Of a DNA stretch of 64,000 nt, positions 1-11,031 are shown one piece after another. Below the pieces are notes generated by a model. It was not told the DNA's origin and searched no databases. It saw only the letters and a list, made by a program, of their open reading frames with translations. Each line of letters starts with the position of its first letter. The first letter of the stretch is position 1. Position numbers and translations under genes: made by a program. The DNA comes from Felis catus (taxonomy: Eukaryota). The DNA is taken from positions 18,602,001 through 18,666,000 of the forward strand of contig NC_058383.1 in NCBI RefSeq assembly GCF_018350175.1, in the 5' to 3' direction.

Positions 1-120
1 CGGAGCCTGCTTTCGGATTCTGTGTCTTCCTCTCTTTCTGCCCCTCCCCACTCATGCTCTGTCTCTCTGTCTCTCTCTCGCTGTCCGTCAAAAATAAAGA
101 AACATTAAAAAAAAATAAAA
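1..120 (+). mobile_element. CAN-SINE 3' part (cut by window start)
   Basis: GGAGCCTGCTTTCGGATTCTGTGTC, a CT-rich block and an AAAATAAA tail. Confidence 0.85.
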
Positions 121-1739
121 CACGCCTTGGTTAGGGAAAGCCTCACTGAGACGTGAGGGCCTTTAAGTGAAGACCAGAAGGAAGTTAGGGAGTCATTTGT
201 GCTGAAATTCCTCTTTATTAAAAGAGCACATAGTACCCATCTAACATACTATGCATTTTGCTTACTAATTTATTGTCTGGGGTTAGGGGAGGTGACCGCT
301 GGCAGCCAAGAAGCCCGAAGCACTAAGGGCAGGGGCTCAGTGACCAGAGGCAGAAGGCAGGGCCTGGGCTGGGTGACCTAAGTGTCCTCTCTTCTGCTTT
401 CGCTGACCCCTCCTCCCCTAAGCCTGGTGCTTTGGGCCCCTCCGTGGAGCAGGTGCACTGCCCTGGGGAGTCTCCTAAAGGTGTTCTGGGGATGCCCTCT
501 CCGTCACCATCCTCCTTAACATGCTTCCCCACTGCCCATTTGACACAGTCCATATTCTTGAGTGTGGTGTTCAGACCCCAACCACCCGCCCCTCAGGCTA
601 AGTTCTTCTTCAGGGCTGGTCAAGTAGGTGCACAATAAACATTCGCGGACGAGTATGTCAGGACTAGTCTCGCTTCACAGCGCTCTTTTTACTGGGGACG
701 TTTCTCCTCCCGCCCCGTCCTGTCAGAATCCTACTAATTCCCAACAATCAGTGTTGCCTTCCAGAGTTTTCCCCTGTCTGATCGCCCGACAGAGTTGACC
801 CACCCCACAACCTCACGGGGCAAATATAGTCCTCACCCCCATTTTGCAGATGCAGAAACCGAGGCTGAAAAGGAACGCGATTCGCTAGGTCTGGGTCAGA
901 GATTCTCACCTGCAGGAAGCTTCCTCTGTTTCTCACGAGAACCACCCTCTCCTCACCCCGAACCCCATGCTCCTCTGTACCTCCTGCTGCACTCTGGCCT
1001 ATTTTAGGGCTGTGTTGACGTCTGCTCCCCCTTGAATGAGAACGGTGTTGGAGTCAATATATCTGCTGCTTCTATAGGAGTTGTCTGGGCCTGCCCTGCT
1101 CTCCTCCTCTGGGACCGGGCGGTCAGTTGGATTCTGGGGCTCAGACCAGCAAGGACAGCGGTGAGGGCACGAGGTCCTGACCAGCAATCTCTGCGAGAGG
1201 GTCCTGGGAGCAGGGCTGGTCTATCACCTGCAGAGGAGAGTGTGAGCCAGGATGGGGGTCCGGGAGGTGGAAGGGGCACGGCCTGACATAGCTGTGACCT
1301 CTGACCTCTACTCCAGCTTCCCCTCTGGCAGCAAGGGCCCTGTCTCCCTTGGGAGACACCCCCCACCCCTCTGCTCCTGAGGGTTTCCTGGTATTTATAG
1401 AAAGCTTGGAGTGCATATTCCTACTCCCGGACAGGTGAGAGGTTCTGGACTTTGGGGGAATGGCCATGAGATTCCTGGTGGGATGTGTGGAGCCCCGGGG
1501 GGGGGGGGGTGGCTGGGAGGCTCCCTGGGTCCCACCCTCTCTTATTTGCCCCTCTCCTCTGCCTCTTTCAGTGTCACTGTTTCCTGCATTCTTCTGGCTG
1601 TTCATCACAGTCACCCTGGCAAGATCCTTGGTGCAAGGGAACACGGAGAGGACCCTAGGGTGGGGGGGCCGGGCCAGTAGGGCTCCTGGCACTTTCAGTG
1701 AATGCAGGAGGGATCATCTCTTTGTCAAGATTGAACCCT

Positions 1740-1856
1740 GGGGCGCCTAGGTGGCTCAGTGGGTTAAGCATCCGGCTTTGGCTCAGGCCACGATCTCACG
1801 GTCTGTGAGTTCGAGCCCCGCGTCGGGTTCCACACTGACCGTGCAAAGCCTGCTTG

Positions 1857-1916
<60 letters not shown>

Positions 1917-2018
1917 CGCCCCCCCCCATGCTCTCTCTCTGCCCCTTCCCCACTTGCACCTGTGCTCACGCTCTCTCTCTCAAAAATAAATAAATAAATA
2001 ACCTTAAAAAAAAAAAAA
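1740..2018 (+). mobile_element. Felid CAN-SINE with long (CT)n
   Basis: GGGGCGCC..GGTGGCTCAG head, B-box GTTCGAGCCC, (CT)n at about 1861-1913, A tail. Confidence 0.9.
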
Positions 2019-2189
2019 GTTCAAACCCTGGCACCATTTGGAGAGGAGGCCTCAGGGGTAGGCCTCTTGCTATCTTTTGCTCCTGAGCAGGGTTTCTGTT
2101 TTCTGGCCCCTCTTCCTTTTTCTGTGTCCTCCGCAATTAGAGGCCGTTGGTGCCAGTGATCAGGAGCATGAACTGCCACGGCTGTAGTG

Positions 2190-2375
2190 GAATTGAAATT
2201 TGCTAAGAGACTATAACTTAAATGTTCTCACCAAAAAAAAGGGGGGGTTGGGATACGAGGTGATGGATTGTTCATTAACGCCAAGGGAGAAACACATTCA
2301 CGGTGTTTACACGTATCAGATCAGCACCTCGTACACTTTAGCTTATAATTTTATTTGTCAATTAGACTTCCATAA
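2190..2375 (+). mobile_element. Old L1 3'-end fragment (L1MA-like)
   Basis: TTGAAATTTGCTAAGAGA...AAATGTTCTCACC...TTTATTTGTCAATTA resembles an L1 3' terminus. Confidence 0.65.
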
Positions 2376-2569
2376 GGGGGGGGGAAGGATGTGGCCTCTC
2401 AAACTGTTCTGTTTTGATTCAAATTTCAGTCCTGCTACTGTTGTGTTATCAACCTTGGTTTCCTCATCCGTAAACTGGATTGTTTTGAGAAATATACGAG
2501 TTTGGGCGTGTAAAGCCATTAGAGCGATGTCTGATGTATAGAGAAGGTTCAAAATGCTAACCGCTCTGC

Positions 2570-2780
2570 TAGGCAGTATAGTATAAGTGGCTAAGAAGAC
2601 CAGAGGTCCAGGGTTCAAGTCCCAGAGCTGCCGCTTACTAGCTGGGTAACCTTGGGCACAAAGCCTTAACCCCTCTGGGCCTCAGTTTCCTCTTCATATA
2701 ATGAATATAAATAATAATGCCTCCAGCATAGGGATTCCATGAGCCAGTAGTTGAAAAGTACCTGGGCACATAGAAGCATT
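2570..2780 (+). mobile_element. MIR SINE
   Basis: GGGTTCAAGTCCC...TAACCTTGGGC...TGGGCCTCAGTTTCCTC MIR core. Confidence 0.75.
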
Positions 2781-3174
2781 TGATTACATTTTATATCACT
2801 TTAATTTGTATAATTTTATAATTATAATATAATTTTAACTTTATTCCATTCAGTATAAGTTCCGTGAAGGCCGAACGTTCCATTGGCCCCATTCGCTGCT
2901 GAACTCAAATATCTGGAACAATGCCTGGACATACCGAGTTGGCGCTCGGTAGATATTGACCAAGCATCGACTCTGTTTTCACGTTGTCCTTTCTACCTGA
3001 AACGCTCTCTCCACTGGCTTCTAACAGAGGGCTCTTTCTACTACACGATGTATTTGCCTTTATCCTTTAACAAAAATCTGGTCTGTGATTTTTGACATTG
3101 GAAATCCATTGTGAAGGTGGCTCAAAGCAGGGGAGGGGAAACACAGCTCCAAATAGCTTAAGCAGAAAAGAAGA

Positions 3175-3377
3175 GGGGCGCCTGGGTGCCTCAGTCGGTT
3201 AAATGTCCAACTTCGGCTCAGCTCACGATCTCGCGGTTCGTGGGTTCAAGCCCCACATCAGGCTGTGTGACGGCTCAGAGCCTGGAGCCTGCTTCGGATT
3301 CCGTGTCTCCTCTCTTTCTGCCCCTCCTCCTCCCCCACTCACACTCTCTCTCAAAAACAAATAAACATTTAAAAAAA
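3175..3377 (+). mobile_element. Felid CAN-SINE
   Basis: Typical head, body and A tail. Confidence 0.9.
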
Positions 3378-6300
3378 TATTTTTTTTAGAGATTCACTCA
3401 CGAAACTAAACTTTTCAAAGTAATCGCTTCAGGAAGAGCTGGATCCAGGAGCTCGAAGTAACTTGTAAGACCCTTGTCTCCCTCTCTGGCTCTCAGCTCT
3501 ACTTTCCAAAGTCAGTTCCAGACTGAGGCAGGGTCTTCCCTCACGGCAGCCAACAGCAGGTTCAAGTTCACATCCTGCCTGTTTAGTCACAGCTGCAGAC
3601 CGGTAAGTTACAAACTGCCCTGCTTTGCCTCTGGTCTCCCACGTGTATCCAGTCTTCTCAGCTAGGTGGCCGCCTCGGGGGGCAGGGACCATGGTTGCCA
3701 CACCTCAGTACTCAATCCCGAATTCTGTCTTCCCCTCTCCTACCCCAAGGGGAAAGAGTGGAAGTTGTTCACATCAATATTGGCAGCAGGACTCATGTCT
3801 GAGGAGGTGGGTCTGGAGGAGGTCTGGGGAAGACCCTAGGGGCCTTGGGAAGGGCCCAGAATGTGCAGAAAAATTGAAAAGCTAAGAGACTAACATCTAG
3901 ATCTTAGGGGTCTTAGTGTAGGTGGGAACCGGAGGCGACAGTCCTCAAGCCATAGAGGGAGAAAGGCATCCATGAAAAGATGAAACACCAGATGGAGATA
4001 CAAGGAGCCGGTTATTTGAAGAGCTGAGGAAGGTGTTCTACACAGAGGGAATAGCAGGTACAAAGGCCCTGAGGTAGGAGTGTGCCTGGAGTGTTTGTGG
4101 GGCAGCCAGAAGGTGTGGGAGGGAATAAAGGAGGTCAGTGGGAAGGATCACCAGGGCTTTGTAAGCCATTCAGAGGGTTTTGCTTTCACTGAGTGGAATG
4201 AGAAGCCACGGGGACCCGTAAGGCCAGGATCAAAACTGAGGCAGGAGCAAGAAAAGTGGGTGGGTTGTATATATTCTTTTGTATGAATCAGATAAGACAT
4301 AAAACTATAAGCAGTGGGTGCGTACCATTCCGGGGGAGCCACCTGGGGGTTTCACATGCAGTGGGCCAGACGAGTGAGGGACACGGCAGCCACGGGTGGC
4401 TGAGACCCCGCAGAGGCTGCGGGGTGACAGCTCTGGGTGGGGCGTAGGGCCCGGTGTCAGCCTCCGAGCTTAGGGCCGCCGGAGGCCTGGTGTGTGCTCC
4501 GGCCTGCGCCCCTCCCTCAGACACCTGGTGTGACCCGTCCGGGGGCTCAGCCCAGGGTCTGTCTCCATTCCAGGTCTTCTTCATAGACAGGATGAAGCCT
4601 CCCCTGGCCTGGGAGGTGAGTCCCACCCACTGACTCTCATATTTGAGGCTGTCCACACCCTGGCCCAGGGCCCAATTGGCTGGCTCCCGGCGATTTCTGT
4701 TTCTGGCCCGAATTCTGCCCTGACGCATGTTTCTGGGTCACTAGGTCCCCTCTGCCTGTGCCCTCACCAGTCACAGCCCCAACCGTCCCGAATTCGTAAG
4801 ACGTGACTGCAGCCTTTTCTGTTCCTTACCCTCTTCTTCCCACTCTCCTTCCACCTTTTTTCGTCCGTGGAGGGCAACCATGCCTTGTATTTATTAATGA
4901 CAACTAACATTTCTTTCCTTATACCTGTTGTCTTACCACATGCCAGGCCCTGTTCCAACCTCTTGGTAAATAATAGCTCATTGAATCATCTCAACAGTCT
5001 TAGGAGTTTGTATTATTTGCCTCATGTTATAGCTGGCAAAGCAGGCACAGAGAGGTTAAGTAACTTGCCTAAGATCACACAGCTACTCAGTGGGAGCCAT
5101 TTATGTGCGTAATCCACCGCAGTCCCATCCGGCGAATAAGTAGCCTCCCCACCTAGTAGATGAGCCAAGAACAGGGGGATTTCAGGCCTCGCCAAAGGTC
5201 ATACTTGACCAAAGGAAGTATAGGGGCTGTGAAAGCAGCGTAGGACTGACTCCCAAGTGGGGCCCTGACCCGTGACCCCCTATGTCTCCCAAGTTCACCT
5301 CCATGTCTGAGCTGGGAGGTGGGCAGGCCTCGGATCGCAAGCCTCATCTTACAAATGGAGAAACTGAAGCCAAGAGTGTTTGGGCCGCTCTCTTTCAAGA
5401 GGGTACACTTGATGGGGGAAGGGCAAGCAGGGCCGGGACTTGAACCGGGACTTTTTACCCCCAGGCCGGTGATTTTTCCTCGACAGCCCTGCCTCCTGGG
5501 TTTCAAACTCTTCCTTCCTGGCACTCCACAGAGCTGGTGTCCCACCTTCTCCCCACACCCTGCGTGGCTCAGTCTTCCCGCCCCTGCATTCCTGCATCAC
5601 GCACACAGAACGCCCCGCATCACTAGTGCGTCACCCACCCCCACCCCTTTGTCTCAGCCCTCCCTAGCTGTCTGCCATGGCCTTGAGGCCTTTTTTCTCT
5701 CTTACAGGGAAAAAAGAGATGGGATCGAGGGAGAGAAGCCCTTTCCCCTTGCCAGACTCCCCCGCCCCAGGTCGGGAGTCGCATAGGAGACACCCCATCT
5801 AGAGGCAGCTCCCAGGGTCGGTGGGAAGGGGCGTGGCGAGGGCATGCTGCAGAAAGAATGACTGACCCTGGGTGTGGTGTGGGGTGCATGTGTACAACAG
5901 GAGAGAAGTCAGGTGAGGGGGGCTGGGGCTCTGGGATGTTCCACCTCCACGCTCAGGGGGGAAGGGGTGGGCGCTGTGCCTGGGCTCAGGGTCTCACCAC
6001 CTGTGTTTGGGAGACTCCGAGGTGTGGCCCCAGCTCCAGACTGGCCCCACCTCCCCCCAGCCTTCCTGCCTTCAGCGAAGCCCAGCTTGATTTAACCGAG
6101 GGGTTAGTTCCAAGTCTCGGAGTTGACATCAGAGGGCCCAGGGATTCCCCTCACCAGCCCGAGCTGAAAACAAGGGACTTGAGTTCAGGCTTCGCCCTGT
6201 CACTGATCTGCTGTGTCGACTCTGAATCGAGACTTCCCCTCCCTGATTCCATCCTGATGTCACATCTGAAGCTTCTAACTTCTACTTCCTGGGCGCAGGA

Positions 6301-7159
6301 TTCCCATGCAACCCCATGGAGTGTCCCGTGGGGTCAGAGCTCTAACGGGGTACTTGGGAAATGATCAGAAATGTGGCAGATGGCTCTTTTCTCTCTCTTT
6401 TAAATCATCTAGGTTTTAATTTCCCTACGTAATAATAGGGGCAGCATTTGAAAACTGCTACTGCTTCTCAATGAGGAACCTGAGGTCCGGAACTGGCCAG
6501 TGACTCACCTGAGGTCACCAGAAGTGTCAGCTACACCCTGGAGTCCATAGAGCTCCGGGATCTTGGTTTCCTTTCCAGCAGTTCTCAGCCTTCACCACAT
6601 CCCTTCGATTTCCTGCTGCTCCCAGCCCAAGCCTCAGCTCACCAGCCAAGATCCATTCGTGGCAACTGAGGCCCAGGTAGACAGAGACAGGCTCAGGCCC
6701 ATCCTCCAAGGATATAGACAGAGGCTGCCCACCCCCCCCCCACGCCCCGCCACCACCCCGCACCTCTCCTCATCGGCCCTCTGGTTTCTTGGCAAGGCTC
6801 TGCCAAGATCATCAGCCCAGGGCCGTGGCCAGCAGCCCAGAAAACCCCATTTCCATCCTTCAGTACCTGTCTGGAGCCTTGGCAGAGTCGGGGAAGGCTG
6901 ACAGCAAGAGCTCAGGGCTCGGCAGTGGGTCCCAGACCTCCCGCTCTAGGAGGGCAACTGACAGGGCGCCAGCCGTGAGTAGAACCTGCATTAGGCACTG
7001 TGATAAAAGACAGATTTGTTTGCTGATTGGCTAAGAAGCTGCTATTGTTAGCTACGGGGGATATATCAGTGCACATAACTGGCAAACATTCCCACCTTTG
7101 GGGAGCTCGCGCTCTAGTGCATAGAGAGAGACAAAAAAGAGAGAGAGAAAATGTTAAAT

Positions 7160-7227
7160 ATTTTTTAAGGGTGTTTTCTCTTTTTTGAGAGAGAGAGACA
7201 GAGACAGAGACAGCACAAGTGGGGAGG

Positions 7228-7269
<42 letters not shown>

Positions 7270-7392
7270 CCTAAGCAGGCCCCATACTGCCAGCGCAGAG
7301 CCTGCTGTGGGGCTCGAACCCATGAAGCCATGAGATCGTGACCTGAGCCGAAAGCAAGTGTCGGACACTTAACCAAATGAGTCACCCAGGAG
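7160..7392 (-). mobile_element. Felid CAN-SINE
   Basis: Reverse-complement SINE with (GA)n; TSD-like AAAATGTTA(A/G)ATATTTTT on both sides. Confidence 0.88.
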
Positions 7393-7613
7393 GTCAAAAA
7401 TGTTAGATATTTTTAAATGTTATGGAGAAATATAATGCAGGGAAAGGGATAGAAAGTGTATGTAAGAGACACAGGCAAATAACTAAAGTGAACAGTTATT
7501 AAAGATAACGTCTTCAAACTATGATTACATGGGATTTCTGGAATCTAATGAAGGGAATCTATAAAAAAAATAAGAAAAAAATAATAATGAACAATTTAAA
7601 GTTTACTCTCTGA

Positions 7614-8075
7614 GGGGCGCCTGGGTGGCTCAGTCAGTTGAGCGTCCAACATCGGCTTGGGTCATGATCTCCCGGTTCGTGGGTTCGAGCCCCACGTTGG
7701 ACTCCTTGCTGACAACTTGGAGCCCGGAGCCTGCTTCAGATTCTGTGTCTCCCTCTCTCTCTGCCCCTCCCCTATTCGCACTCTTCTGTCTCTCTCTCTC
7801 TCTCTCTCAAAAATAACAATTAAAAAGCTATAAATAGGGACGCCTGGGTGACTAAGTCGGTTAAGCATCCGACTTCAGCTCGGGTCATGATCTCGCAGCT
7901 TGTGAATTTGAGCCCCACATCGTGCTCTGTGCTGACAGCTCAGAGCCTGGAGCCTGCTTCGGATTCTTGTGTGTCCTTTTCTCTCTACCCCTCCCCCGCT
8001 CATACTCTGTCGCTCGCTCTCTGTCTCTCAAAAATAAATAAAAACATTATACAATTTTTAAAGAGTATAAATAAA
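7614..8075 (+). mobile_element. Two CAN-SINEs, the second (7837-8059) inserted in the tail of the first
   Basis: Two heads (7614, 7837). Outer TSD TAAAGTTTACTCTCTGA at 7597-7613 and 8076-8092. Confidence 0.9.
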
Positions 8076-8429
8076 TAAAGTTTACTCTCTGAAATGAAGA
8101 CAAAAATAAAGATGTTCACTGTCACATCTAATTAACATGGTACTAAAACTAGAAAAAACAAGGCCACACAAATAATGTGTATTTTTTAAAGGTATAAAAT
8201 CTGGAAAAGGCACCACTTGCCCTTTATAACCAGGAACAAAGTAGGACAAACTACAAATTAATGATCTTGAACTCATGAAGGCGCTGAGGTCACAGGGCTA
8301 AGAACGGACCTCACATTCAGAATAGGACAGATCCCTTCGGTCAGCAATAGAACGTTTCTTTGCTTAGGGCGGACACTGATCAATACCATATACACTGACG
8401 AAAATATTAATCTAAAATTTTGTTTTAAC

Positions 8430-8770
8430 GAAACCCACTGCAAATAAAAATAGATTAAAAATGAGTATGTTCCAAAAAAAAAAAAAAAAGATAAGCTATG
8501 TAAACGCCAATCAAAAAGAGCAGGACCGGTTGAATTAATTAAAAAAAAAAAAAAGTAAGCTTCAGGGAAAAAGAGGCAATATTATCAAGGAGAAAGAGAG
8601 ACATTACATTCTGATAAAAGGGTCAGCTCTTCAAAAAGGCATCACAGTCCTAGGGGTGTGTCTGCCTAAATAACAGCGCTTCAAAGCAGTTGAGAGAAAC
8701 CGATGCATCTAAAAGGGAAAATGGATAGATCCACAGTTACAGTTGGAAATCGCAACATTGCTTTCTAGAA
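8430..8770 (+). mobile_element. Degenerate L1 ORF2 (endonuclease-region) relic
   Basis: A-rich sequence GACATTACATTCTGATAAAAGGGTCA...AACAGCGCTTCAAA...ATCCACAGTTACAGTTGGA resembles L1 EN coding sequence; no intact frame. Confidence 0.6.
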
Positions 8771-10954
8771 CAAAGAAAAGAGAAAGTGCCAGGGACCGGG
8801 CTGCATATTTTAATAGGGTAGTCAGTGAGGACTCCATCTGAGAAGGTGACGTTTGAGCGGGGATCGAAAGAAGAGAGTGGGCTTTGCAGATATCTGGAAG
8901 AAGAGCCTTCCAGGCAGAAGGGACAGCAAGCGCAAAGGCCCTGAGGCAGGAGCATGCATGCCTGGCAATGAGGGAGCCGGGATGGCTGGAGTGGTATCAG
9001 CGAGGATAGAATAAGCAAGAGAAATAAAAATGAAACGTCTGTTGGAGACAGGATTTATGGCAGGAAGGAATGAGCTATTCAGGGGAGGAAGCCCGTGACA
9101 AGGGGTAGGTTCAGAAAAGGGTGAGGAGAGGGAACTCCAGAGAAGGCAGTGGGACATTCTAGGCAAAGAGAGGAGCGTGTGCAAAGGCAAGCAAGTCTGA
9201 GGTGGTTCATCATGTCCAAGCATGAAACTCCAGTTGCTAGAGCAGAAATAGGGCAGCGGCCAGGAATGAGGCCGTGGGAGTCAGCTGCAGCCAGATCGAG
9301 AAGGGCAGAGACACAACAAGAGACAGGAGGTCTTGAAGAACCATCAGAGAAGGTCGGGAGGATCCGGAGGTTGTGGTGAGAGAGCGGGTGATGGGGCTCG
9401 AGGTTCGAGAGGTACGGCAGTTCTGGGTACCGGCAAAGGGTGGGGAGTGGTTGCATCAGAGGGTGAGTGGGGTGGCATGCCTCCAGGGTGGCCGCAGGAC
9501 TTGGGGATGGGAGGAAGACCGACCAGGGCCTGCGTCTGCCCTCATGATCAGTCTCAGGATGTTTGGGACCCCCCACAGTGGGGAGCCTCAGCTGCGTGGG
9601 ATGTGGGAGAATGAGCTGTCACCACTGGGGGACGCGGCAAGCGAAACCCGTCCGGGCTAGGCAGGTGCCAGCCGCTCTTCCTTTTCCTTCTCCTCCAAGC
9701 AGCCCTCTGGGATTGCTCCCCGAAATGTACTGGTACTTCCCTGGCAGTTGGTTCCAGGCGGCCCCGATGGGCAGGGCCTGTGTAGAGCCGAGGAGGCAGA
9801 CTACAGGAAGGGAAAGCCCCCATGGTTTCTGTCTCACTGCAGGGACCCAACAGGGAAACCCCACGGATCCCAAAAGGAAAGTGGGCCTCGGGGAAGACCA
9901 AGAAACCCCCATCGTGTCCCTGAAGATGGAAAATCCAGGGTGGGGTGAAGGGTGGCACCATGCTGGAAGGGAGACCTGTCGTTGAGTCAGCCCAGCCCTG
10001 ACAGCCATCCACAGAGCAGAAACACACAGGGCAGGATTACTCTGGGACCTGGCTGAGCCCCATCCTGACCTCACACAACCCCAACCTGGTGAGCCCTGAC
10101 CCTGGTCACCGAGGGAGCTCTTATCCCAGCCCAGGCCTGAGCCCTGACCTGAGTCACAGGCTCTGTCAGAAGCTCGGCCACAGCCTGAGCTCTGGGCCCA
10201 ATCTGGACTGAGGTCTAAGCTCAACCCCGATGGGTCCCAAGCAGAGCCTCCGGGTCATTGACGGCTCTGACCCCAAACACAGACAGAGCTAGGATGTTGG
10301 CCCTAGACAAAGTTCTGGACCAAGTCCGGCCCTAGTAGACCAAGTCCTGATCATGGTTACGGACTGAGATCTAATCCCAGATCTTACTCTGGCCAAAGAC
10401 AGAGCCCTCGGCCCATTCTCACCTGCCCTGCCCCTGCCTGTAGACTGAGCCCTGCCCCTGCCCGGACTGGGGCCCCACTGCTCCACACAAAGCCCCCCTC
10501 CCAGCCCCCCCAGAGACTTCCCCGCTTCCTTCGCACTCCCTCACTCAGCCATCTGGTTAACCAGAAAAGAGTAGGATGACTCAAAACCCCAAGTCCTCTC
10601 CGATGGGCAATCCCCTTACCTGGCTGTCCATCTTTTGCCAGACAGTGAGCTGGTGATGGCATAGGATGATGATGACAGAGCAGAGGAACAGGAGGGGTTG
10701 AGGGTCCAGGACCCATCACCAGCCCCTAGAGCAGTGACTTACCCGGGAGTGGGGATGCGAGGGGAGGAAATGTCCTAGGAGCTCAGCGGGGGGTCCGGAG
10801 CTTGGATTGACCGAAACCCTAGCTTCCCGCCACCCCCTCCACCCCCCCTGCTGCACCTCCCGCCCCCTCTGGGAAGGGAAATGACATTTCCCCATTTCAG
10901 CAAGGGGTGGTGAGGAGGGAAGACTGAGCGCAAAGCCGAAAGTACAAGCAGGAC

Positions 10955-10988
10955 GGAAAGTGAAACCGGCGCAGCCCCCAGTATAAGA
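10955..10988 (+). promoter_or_regulatory. IL27: IL27 proximal promoter: ISRE/IRF-E GGAAAGTGAAACC (10955-10967) and TATA-like TATAAG (10982-10987)
   Basis: Perfect GAAANNGAAA IRF element just upstream of a TATA-like box, 45-77 nt before the ATG. A proximal IRF-bound ISRE is an established feature of IL27 promoters. Confidence 0.85.
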
Positions 10989-11031
10989 CCCCTGCCCGGG
11001 AGATGGCTGGCCACACAGGCTGGGCCCCGCC

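Noticed and set aside
2600..2630. tRNA-like B-box GGTTCAAGTCCC (and similar boxes in SINE heads)
   Set aside because: tRNA-derived SINE heads (MIR/CAN); no cloverleaf can be drawn.
1..10800. NUPR1 or another gene upstream of IL27
   Set aside because: No NUPR1-like peptide or credible exon chain found. The ORFs are GC-rich noise or repeats, and NUPR1 probably lies outside the window.
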